DNA of 64,000 nucleotides, taken from the NCBI GenBank assembly GCA_965199855.1, contig OZ241326.1, forward strand, positions 2,432,001 through 2,496,000, read 5' to 3'. The translations under genes were made by a program, and so were the position numbers. This document shows positions 8,001 through 15,344 of the stretch, piece by piece. Positions within the stretch are counted from its first letter, which is position 1. Every line of letters starts with the position of its first letter. The DNA comes from a bacterium. Its GTDB lineage: Bacteria > UBA8248. The notes beneath the pieces are model-generated. The model ran no database searches and was not told the DNA's origin. It worked only from the letters and a program-made list of their open reading frames with translations.

Positions 8001-9685
8001 CGGGAGTAATCGCCCGTCGTCGTGACGGAGACGCGGGAGAGATCTACGCGGGAGACGGGCTCCAGGGGGCTGTCCCCGGCGCTGGTGGCGTGTCTGGCGT
8101 AGATGCCGTAGGAGGCGTCCCCGGTCGTCTCGACGACGGCGTTCTCCAGCGTCATGAAGAGCGAGCCGCCGCTGATCTCGTTGGAGCTGAACGAGCGGTA
8201 GCCATGGACTCCGTGGACCCAGTTCGCCGATGTCTTGACGGAGGCGTCCCTCACCTCGACGACGGCGTCGCCCACGCCGCTGAAATGATAGGCATAGACG
8301 CCGTGGTTGCCGCTGCTCTCGATGGAGCCGCCCCGGATGGAGACGGAGAGGTCGGCCGTCTCCCCGGCCGGAGCGTCCGCCTCGTATGGCTGCCTCCCGC
8401 TAAGGGAGGCGTGGACGCCGGTGCTCGTCGTCTTGACGTCGACGCCGATCAGCCTGACGGAGACGTCGGCCGACTTTCCTTCGCCCGGCTTTCCCCTGTG
8501 CTCGGCGTGGACGCCGGAGGCGAAGGAGCCCACGGTCGAGATGGAGCCTCCCGTCAGCTCGACGTCGATGTCGCCCGTCCCCGCCGAGGCGCTTTTGTAG
8601 GCGTAGACGGCGCGGGCGCTGCTGCCCGTCGTCGTTCCGTCCTCCAGGACGCTTCCCGTCGAGATGTCCACGTCGTCCAGCCGGAGGACGACGTCGCCCG
8701 TGGCGCCGCTGTGCAGGGCATAGATGGCGCGGGCGCTGTTGCCCGTCGTCCGGATGGAGCCGCCCTCGACGTCGAGCCTGATGTCGCCCCTTCCGCTCGT
8801 CTGCTGCCGGACGTATACGCCGACGCCGTTCGAGCCGGCCGTCCGGATATCCAGGTCCCGCAGGGAGACGCGGACGTCGCCCGATTCGTATTCGGTCGGG
8901 TCGCTCGGGTCGTCCTTCGGCTTGGCCGCGCCCCGCATGTTGGCGTAGATGCCGTAGGAGAGCCGCCCCGCCGTCTTGATGGAGCCGCCCTCGACGTCGA
9001 TCTCGATGTCGCCCCCGCCGTTCTGATAGGCGTAGAGGGCGTGCTGGATCTGGCCGGTCGTCTCGAGCGCCGCCGCGCCGCTCAGGTCGATGTCGATCTT
9101 CTCCTTCGCCTCGCTGCTGACGGAGAGAGCGGTGGATGCGCTCGTGATGGAGCCGCCCCGGACCCTGACGCGAACCTCGCCCGACGGGCTGTCCCGACCC
9201 GGGTACGGGTTCAGGCTAACGAAAACGCCTTCGCCCGTCGCCCGGATGGCCGTGTTCGAGAGGTCGACGTCGATGGCGACGGGGGGCGTCCCGGTTCCCG
9301 AGCCCCTGTGATAGGCATAGACGCCCCGGGCGGTGGTTCCCGTCGTCGCGAGGGCGCTGTCGCTCACGTCGACGTCGATCCTGCCCGTGGGGCCCAGATA
9401 GACGGCCTCGATGACGTGGTCGCCGTTGATCGTGGTCGTGTGGTCGAGATCGCTGTGGCTCATCTCGAGATCGCCGGTTCCGGTCAGGCCGACATCGCAC
9501 TCGTAGCCCCGGCTGGGGATGGCCTGATTGGGGCCTTCGCACGTGACCTGCGCCGCCGCCTCCCCCGCGCAGAGCAGGAGCGCGAGAAGGCCCATGGCGA
9601 GGGCGCCCGCGCCGCGACCCCTGCGGCCGCGCCTGCCGGGCGAGAGAGAGGAGGTTCCGGCGGCGGCCCGCTTCTTCCGGCTCAT
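5027..9685 (-). CDS. Autotransporter (type Va) AT2, 1552 aa
   Basis: AAGGAG RBS, signal peptide (LLALLLCAGEAAA-Q), beta-helical passenger repeats (TTG..A.G[IV]YA), linker PRAGVYEALPGLL, and a C-terminal amphipathic barrel ending EMRF. Confidence 0.9.
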   Translation of the reverse strand: MSRKKRAAAGTSSLSPGRRGRRGRGAGALAMGLLALLLCAGEAAAQVTCEGPNQAIPSRGYECDVGLTGTGDLEMSHSDLDHTTTINGDHVIEAVYLGPTGRIDVDVSDSALATTGTTARGVYAYHRGSGTGTPPVAIDVDLSNTAIRATGEGVFVSLNPYPGRDSPSGEVRVRVRGGSITSASTALSVSSEAKEKIDIDLSGAAALETTGQIQHALYAYQNGGGDIEIDVEGGSIKTAGRLSYGIYANMRGAAKPKDDPSDPTEYESGDVRVSLRDLDIRTAGSNGVGVYVRQQTSGRGDIRLDVEGGSIRTTGNSARAIYALHSGATGDVVLRLDDVDISTGSVLEDGTTTGSSARAVYAYKSASAGTGDIDVELTGGSISTVGSFASGVHAEHRGKPGEGKSADVSVRLIGVDVKTTSTGVHASLSGRQPYEADAPAGETADLSVSIRGGSIESSGNHGVYAYHFSGVGDAVVEVRDASVKTSANWVHGVHGYRSFSSNEISGGSLFMTLENAVVETTGDASYGIYARHATSAGDSPLEPVSRVDLSRVSVTTTGDYSRGLYATGNGSGDVIVNFGSGRIRAEGVGALGLDAEQGLGSTGLISGTGSLEPYADDQGLGSIDFRIGAEARVESPFFIGAQGRLFNNGSPAGRLLVTNAGTIEARAVGVHAWAPRSSGSTFGEGTRTADDAARTEPMIHVASSGDITVGASVMDDFIRARIAGEDGTLSTGERAVLSAVTANDSDALEAALDALPAAYDDDWKAEARELLRKRGWTPDLSQTRADAAADAILELVPTGIRVLVLDHHAYARYVRYGDYDRALSRWWPPLTDEEQALFDEQTELSAVERAILEALLLGGDLEAALARLSSLYADYKDTVRALALRYNAGDVRVDVTGGTITAEGDGVYARYVIAHDRNGAIMVSVAEGASVSGGRNGLYVGGAGEGEGNSRAQSVSIDGEVRGGTGAGVYMKGGGRLMVGAAGVVGATSGVGVLADGSGDLTATVAGRVEGDVRNAGGALMLTTTAGSVITGTVHDPVGPVVVPGSVGRILLAEGGEVAVPATGALTGVEVDGGTEALRSEAGDLRVSIAGRVTGDVRSLGGDLTAIISGVVEGDVEGLGAGDHAVTISAGGEVTGVIHLAASSVVVDGRVCAVLLDRGGVVTVGAAGVVKEVDGASIRAGGGTLRVNLTLDARRLPDVIAGAIVLEGGEPDIYVNGVKLSGAAEGVTGAEAPNGARDVSLRAGAAGGIELIERHAPRAGVYEALPGLLHRMESGRTREARTTAPGSPVWVRLSGTEGSRGARRSTSSAKYDFASTGLEAGLAVSFPWTSGLTGSLSLRHQRGAAETSLADGKGEIDLAGVGLGAGLSWRSGDGWYLRGEFSVMDYDADLTSRKWGRLRGEVGAGVRVLDVEAGRRLAPGERFALTPRAWLTRSRISMEGFTDALGARVRLIEGDRLSGGFGAAAELVRGAAGGTLALRGSLDLETVLSGEKTSVEVSGERLHAEADGSRFLVGLGARWRKGRFTIGGEISSSGPGSDDKTLGARLSAEMRF

Positions 9686-9702
9686 GGCGCGCTCCTTTTC
9701 AT

Positions 9703-9995
9703 GTCGGTGAGTCGGTGAGTCGGTGAGTCGGTGAGTCGGTGAGTCGGTGAGTCGGTGAGTCGGTGAGTCGGTGAGTCGGTGAGTCGGTGAGTCGGTGAGT
9801 CGGTGAGTCGGTGAGTCGGTGAGTCGGTGAGTCGGTGAGTCGGTGAGTCGGTGAGTCGGTGAGTCGGTGAGTCGGTGAGTCGGTGAGTCGGTGAGTCGGT
9901 GAGTCGGTGAGTCGGTGAGTCGGTGAGTCGGTGAGTCGGTGAGTCGGTGAGTCGGTGAGTCGGTGAGTCGGTGAGTCGGTGAGTCGGTGAGTCGG
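9703..9995 (-). repeat. Perfect 8-bp tandem array (TCACCGAC in mRNA sense) x36 plus a partial unit, in the AT2 leader
   Basis: GTCGGTGA repeats without mismatch at 9703-9990, followed by GTCGG. Confidence 0.95.
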
Positions 9996-9999
9996 CAAC

Positions 10000-10028
10000 A
10001 GTATGCCGCAGGCTCGCGGCGAGGTCAA
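10000..10028 (-). promoter_or_regulatory. Sigma70-like promoter of AT2 (TTGACC-N17-CATACT)
   Basis: -35 at 10023-10028 and -10 at 10000-10005 on the minus strand; predicted +1 near 9992-9993. Confidence 0.65.
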
Positions 10029-10188
10029 ACGGCGTCACGGCGGTCCCTCCCCCGGATTCTCCCTTCGCGGCGGACGCTTCCCCTCGAAATCTCCATGTAA
10101 GAATGCCATATCATACGCGAGGGGAGGACGGGAGGCAAGCCGCGTTTCGGGAGGATTCGCGCCGCCGCGCCATTCGGCGGGGTTTTTC

Positions 10189-10690
10189 GTAGGGGCGGCC
10201 CCCTGTGGTTGTCCCTGCGATCCGCATTACAACCTGCAAACGGGGCGCAAGAATGCGCCCCCTACGGGGGAGGCGGCAATGGTTTCGTAGGGGCGGCCCC
10301 TCCCCGGGGCCGCCCCACAATTCGGGAACCGCCCGTTTTGAAGGGAAGACAATCAAAACCCTGGATTCCGGCCTTCGCCGGAATGACGGGATTCCGGGGC
10401 GTCCCGCGGCGGAGGGGAAATCCTCGCCGTCGTCTCGATGTTGTTCCCTGCCGGATCAAAGGGACGCCGGGGTTGACCTTTCGCCGTCATTCCGGCGAAG
10501 GCCGGAACCCGGAACCGGCGCGCGCGGCGAAAAAAACCTTTCCGGCCCATCCATACGTGGGCCGCATATTATGCGTCTCGCGTTGTTTCCGTTTGCGTCG
10601 CGGGCGGTTCTCGAACCGCCCCTACGGGGATGGTCGCCTAGGGATGATGAAGGGCCGTAGGGAAAACCCCCCGTGGTTGTCCCTGCGATC
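10189..10690. repeat. REP cluster 2, including the left arm (10283-10682) of a ~400-bp inverted repeat
   Basis: GTAG hairpins plus an inverted pair of CCGTCATTCCGGCGAAGGCCGGAA; near-identical to the reverse complement of 14625-15028. Confidence 0.85.
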
Positions 10691-10740
10691 CGCGCCGCGC
10701 CATCGCCGGCCCGCGGAATGCGCCATCCGGGGCCGCGGCG

Positions 10741-12510
10741 CTATTGGGGCGGCACGATGGGCAGCATGAGCCAGGAGGGGCGCTCGGGGCCGCAGTGGAG
10801 GGTCACGCGCCCGCCGAAAATCTCCTCCGGCCTGTCGCGGGGGTCGTCGTGCAGGAAGGGCCCGCAGCCTCTGAACACGTTTTTCATGTTCGAGAGCCTG
10901 TGCGTGGTGGCGCAGCTGTATTCGTAGTCCCTGCCGCGCACGCTGAGGGCGAGCCTGTAGCCGGGGGGGACGACGACGCAGGTGGGCCACACCTCCACGT
11001 CGAGCTCATAGACCTCGCCCGGCGTCAGGGGCTGCTTCTCCTCGTGGGCCTGATAGGGCTTCCACTCGGTGGAAAGGGCGGGGTCGAGCTTGCGGTGCGA
11101 GGCGCGCAGCCAGCCCTGGGCGATGGGGGTGTTGGGGTCGAGCGTCCCCTGGAAGGTGATCTCCCGCATGTCGGGGGTGAAGAGGCGAACCACGAGGAAG
11201 AGATCGGCGTCCTCCGTCTCCGAGGAGACGAAGAGCTTGGAGGCTATCGGGCCGGTGATCTCCGTCTCGGCGTCGAAGGGCGGCAGCATGAAGGTGAGCC
11301 CCGCGCCCATGCCCTCGTAGGAGATCGTCCGCTCCGCCCCGGGCGGGTCGGCGTCCAGGCTCATGCGCGCCGGGTCGAGGTGAAACTTCGTCCACCGCGT
11401 GCGCGCGAGGGGCCATTCGTTCTCCGTCCGCTCGACGAAGCGCTCGCCCACGTGGCGCACCTTGAGGAGGACGGGGGGGCGCTCCTTCCAGCCGTTGTCC
11501 TCGCCCTTGAGGTAGTGGCCGAAAAACTGCTTCTGAAGGCTCTCGCCGTAGGGGGTGTAGAACTCCGTCCAGTGCTCGAAGCCGTGAACCTCCAGCCACT
11601 TCTCCTTCGACGCCGCGCGCAGGAAGCCCTCGTAGTTTCCCCGGGGGTGGAGGCCCTGCCCGCCCCAGCTCGCCGCCGAGAGGAAGGGGGTGGATATCTT
11701 CTCCCACCGCGCGGAGCGCTCCCGGTGCCAGTCGTCATCGAGCGGATGGGCGAGAATCTCGCCGCCGTAGTCCGAGCGGCTCCTCGCCAGCGTCTCCTCG
11801 TCCAGGGTGTCGGGGCCGCAGACGAGGCCGCCGTGGACGCGGCTCCTGGGCCCCCGCTCCCCCAGCCCGTGCTGGACGGTCTTCACCTGCATGTCATACC
11901 AGTTGGCGAGGAAGGTGGTGAGGATGCCCCCCTGGCGGCACATGTCCCTGTAAAAATCGGCCGCCCCCTCCCAGACGCACATGGCCGCCAGATGCTTCGG
12001 GTTCAGGCCCGCCACGTGCCACTGGTTGATGGCGTAGTAGGAGATGCCCGTCAGCCCCACCTTGCCGCTGCACCAGGGGCGCGCCCCCGCCCACTCGACG
12101 CAGGCGGCGAAGTCCCTCGTCTCGCGCATGGAGAAGTGGTCGATGTAGCCCGGCGAGCGGCCCGTCCCGCGCGAGTCCACGCGCACGCAGGCGTAGCCGT
12201 CCGGCACCCACTTCTCGGGGTCCACGACCTCCCAGCTCTGGTGGACGTTCGAGGAGCCGGCGATGGCGTCGGGGTGGGCCGTGGAGAAGAGCTCCCACGC
12301 CGTCTCGTAGCCGTCCTGCCAGGCGAGGTCCTTGGCGTAGGGGCCGTAGCTCAGGATGGCGGGGCATCGCCCCGCGTCGTCGGGCCGATAGACGTTCGCC
12401 CGCAGAACGAGGCCGTCGTCCATCCGGATGGGGACGTCCCACTCGATGAGAAAGCCGTCGCGCCTCTCGACGCGGTATTGGGGGTCGGCGTCCGGGTCGA
12501 TGTCGCTCAT
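10741..12510 (-). CDS. CocE/NonD family (S15-like) serine hydrolase, paralogue 2
   Basis: Start MSDIDPD at 12510 overlaps the upstream stop (ATGA). Motifs MDDGLVLRANVYRP, VDSRGTGRSPG and GISYY nucleophile elbow, plus a PepX_C-like C-terminus. Confidence 0.9.
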   Translation of the reverse strand: MSDIDPDADPQYRVERRDGFLIEWDVPIRMDDGLVLRANVYRPDDAGRCPAILSYGPYAKDLAWQDGYETAWELFSTAHPDAIAGSSNVHQSWEVVDPEKWVPDGYACVRVDSRGTGRSPGYIDHFSMRETRDFAACVEWAGARPWCSGKVGLTGISYYAINQWHVAGLNPKHLAAMCVWEGAADFYRDMCRQGGILTTFLANWYDMQVKTVQHGLGERGPRSRVHGGLVCGPDTLDEETLARSRSDYGGEILAHPLDDDWHRERSARWEKISTPFLSAASWGGQGLHPRGNYEGFLRAASKEKWLEVHGFEHWTEFYTPYGESLQKQFFGHYLKGEDNGWKERPPVLLKVRHVGERFVERTENEWPLARTRWTKFHLDPARMSLDADPPGAERTISYEGMGAGLTFMLPPFDAETEITGPIASKLFVSSETEDADLFLVVRLFTPDMREITFQGTLDPNTPIAQGWLRASHRKLDPALSTEWKPYQAHEEKQPLTPGEVYELDVEVWPTCVVVPPGYRLALSVRGRDYEYSCATTHRLSNMKNVFRGCGPFLHDDPRDRPEEIFGGRVTLHCGPERPSWLMLPIVPPQ

Positions 12511-14288
12511 GTTTTCCGTCCTTCCCGCTCGGGGCGCTGTTTTTCGGGAATCACCGGCAGCATTACGTACGCCTCGCGCTTCCCGCCGCAGTGGAGGGTG
12601 ACGCTTCTGCCGAAGACCTCGGCGGGCCTGTCCTTCGGGTCGTTGTGCAGGAAGCAGCCGCAGCCGGTGAACTCGTTCTTCATGTTGGAGAGGCCGCCGC
12701 CCGCCCCGCCGGGGTATTCGTAGTCCTTGCCGCGCACCGTGAAGGCGAGCCTGTGGCCCCTGGGAACGACGATGCAGGTCGGCCATATCTCGACGTCGAG
12801 CTCATAGACCTCGCCCGGCGTCAGGGGCTGCTCCTCGTCGTGGCTGTGGTAGGGCCGGTAGGGCAGCGTCTTCTCCGGGTCGAGCTTGCGGTGCGAGGCG
12901 CGCAGCCAGCCCTGGGCGACGGGGGTGTGCGGGTCGAGCGCGCCCTGGAAGGTGATCTCCCGCATGTCGGGCGAGAAGACGCGGACGACGACGAAGAGAT
13001 CGGCGTCGCGCGTCTCGGAGGAGACGAAGAGCTTCGCCGCCATGGGGCCGGTGATCTCCGTCTCCTCCGCCAGCGGCGGGGCGAGGAAGGTCGCGCCCTC
13101 GCCGAAGCCGGCGTAGGAGGCCGCGGCCTCCTCGGCGACGGGTTCGCTCTCCAGGGAATGCGCCGCCGCGTTCAGGTAGTATTTCGTCCACCGCGTCCGC
13201 GCCAGGGGCCATTCGTTCTCCGTCCGCTCGACGAAGCGCTCGCCGGGGTGGCGCACCTGGAGCAGCACCCGGGGCCGCTCGCGCCAGCCGTTGTCCTCGC
13301 CCTTGAGGTAGTGGCCGAAGAATTTCTTCTGCATCCCGACGCCGTAGTCGGTGTAGAACTCCGTCCAGTGCTCGATGCCGTGGACCTCCAGCCACTTCTC
13401 CTCGCAGCCGGCCTCGAGGAAGCCCTCGAAGTTGCCGCGCGGGTGCAGCCCCTGCCCGCCCCAGTTGGCGGAGGAGAGCAGGGGAGTCCGTATCTTGCCG
13501 AAGTCGGGCATCCGGGAGCGCCAGTAGTCGTCGGTGTCGAGCTTGCGGGAGAAGCACTCCTCGCCGAAGTCCCGGCGGTTCGCGCCGAGCTCCTCCTCGG
13601 TGAGCGTGGGGGGGCCGGACACCCAGTCGCCCGTGAAGCGGCTCCTGAAGCCGCGCGTCCCGCGCCCGTGCTGGACGCTGTAGACCTGCATCTCCGGCCA
13701 GTTGCGCGCGAAGCCGTTGCAGAAGATGCCGCCGTGATGCGCCATGTCCCGATAGAAGTCGGCCGCCCCCTCCCAGACGCACATGGCGGCCAGGTGGGGC
13801 GGCTGGAGCGCGCCCACCTGCCACTGGTTCATCCCGTAGTAGGAGATGCCGTTCAGCCCGACTTTGCCCGAGCTCCAGGGCTGGACGGCCGCCCACTCGA
13901 TGCACAGGTAGAAGTCCTTCGCCTCGCGCGCCGACCAGATGTCGATGACGCCGGGCGAGCGGCCCGCCCCGCGCGAGTCCACGCGGACGACCGCGTAGCC
14001 GTCCGGCACCCACTTCTCGGGGTCCACGACCTCCCAGTTCTGGTATTTGTTGGTGGAGCCGGCGGGGACGTCCGGGTGCTCCTCGACCATGCGCGTCCAG
14101 CAGGTCTCGTAGAGGTCCTCGAAGTGCAGATACTTGCCGTAGGGCCCGTAGGTCATGATGACGGGGTATTTCCCCTCGTCCGGCGGGCGATAGACGTCGC
14201 AGCGCAGCGTCACGCCGTCCTCCATCGGGATGGGAGCGTCCCAGTCGATGCGCATCCCGTCCCTGTCCTCCGTCCTGAAGTCGCTCAT
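12507..14288 (-). CDS. CocE/NonD family serine hydrolase, paralogue 1
   Basis: GGAGG RBS; motifs MEDGVTLRCDVYRP, VDSRGAGRSPG and GISYY. Confidence 0.9.
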   Translation of the reverse strand: MSDFRTEDRDGMRIDWDAPIPMEDGVTLRCDVYRPPDEGKYPVIMTYGPYGKYLHFEDLYETCWTRMVEEHPDVPAGSTNKYQNWEVVDPEKWVPDGYAVVRVDSRGAGRSPGVIDIWSAREAKDFYLCIEWAAVQPWSSGKVGLNGISYYGMNQWQVGALQPPHLAAMCVWEGAADFYRDMAHHGGIFCNGFARNWPEMQVYSVQHGRGTRGFRSRFTGDWVSGPPTLTEEELGANRRDFGEECFSRKLDTDDYWRSRMPDFGKIRTPLLSSANWGGQGLHPRGNFEGFLEAGCEEKWLEVHGIEHWTEFYTDYGVGMQKKFFGHYLKGEDNGWRERPRVLLQVRHPGERFVERTENEWPLARTRWTKYYLNAAAHSLESEPVAEEAAASYAGFGEGATFLAPPLAEETEITGPMAAKLFVSSETRDADLFVVVRVFSPDMREITFQGALDPHTPVAQGWLRASHRKLDPEKTLPYRPYHSHDEEQPLTPGEVYELDVEIWPTCIVVPRGHRLAFTVRGKDYEYPGGAGGGLSNMKNEFTGCGCFLHNDPKDRPAEVFGRSVTLHCGGKREAYVMLPVIPEKQRPEREGRKT

Positions 14289-14429
14289 TCGTCGCCTCCC
14301 CCCGGCTCTCGATCCTGGTTTTCGGCGCGGGCCGCCGCCGCGAGAATTCCGCCGCCCCGTCGGTGAACGCGGGCATTATACCGCCCCCGCGCGCCTCGAT
14401 CCAGGGAGGCGGCGAGGCGCGGCAATCCC

Positions 14430-15237
14430 GCAGGGGTCGTTCGGAAACGACCCGCCGCCTCCGACGCGAATGTCTTTTGAATAGGGGCGGTTCACGAATT
14501 GCGGGGCGGCCCCGAGGAGGGGGCGCCCCTGCGAAATCACAAACCCCGCGTTCCCCGCCGTAGGGGGCATCCCCGGCCGTCATTCCGGCGAAGGCCGGAA
14601 TCCAGGGTTTTGTTTTTTGACGAAGGACAACCCCCGGTGGTTTTCCCTACGGCCCTTCATCATCCCTAGGCGACCATCCCCGTAGGGGCGGTTCGGGAAC
14701 CGCCCGCATCGCCATCCATGAAAAACAACGCGGGACGCATAATATGCGGCCCACGTATGGATGGGCCGGAAAGGTTTTTTTCGCCGCGCGCGCCGGTTCC
14801 GGGTTCCGGCCTTCGCCGGAATGACGGCGAAAGGTCAACCCCGGCGTCCCTTTGATCCGGCAGGGAACAACATCGAGACGACGGCGAGGATTTCCCCTCC
14901 GCCGCGGGACGCCCCGGAATCCCGTCATTCCGGCGAAGGCCGGAATCCAGGGTTTTGATTGTCTTCCCTTCAAAACGGGCGGTTCCCGAATTGTGGGGCG
15001 GCCCCGGGGAGGGGCCGCCCCTGCGAAATCACAAAGCCCGCATCCCCACGAAACGCCGGGCGGGACGCATGAATGCGTCCCCTACGCAAATCAAAATCGC
15101 CGCCACCCGTAATGGACACGAATTCGCGCGGCGATCAATCATCGCAACGGGTGGCCACAGGGGTAGGGATCGTTCGGGAACGACCCGCCGGCTCCGACGC
15201 GAATCCTTCTATGATACGGGCGGTTCCCGAACCGCCC
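14430..15237. repeat. REP cluster 3, including the right arm (14625-15028) of the ~400-bp inverted repeat
   Basis: Same hairpin types and linkers as cluster 1, in reverse orientation; three CGTC-type palindromes. Confidence 0.85.
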
Positions 15238-15344
15238 GCGCGGCGTTTCCGAAGCCCGCTCCGCCGCGTCCCTTGCGGGCGTTTTCCGTTTTCCGCCGAA
15301 CGTGGTATATTCAGCGCCTGTGGACAATCTTTCGGAGGGCGCGG

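Noticed and set aside
9682-10038. (THRLTDSP)n ORFs, and the (NFPTSQLP)n/(GKLGSWEV)n ORFs at 43.3-43.6 kb
   Set aside because: These arise automatically from a stop-free 8-mer. The sense-strand starts lie at or upstream of the predicted promoters and lack a clear RBS.
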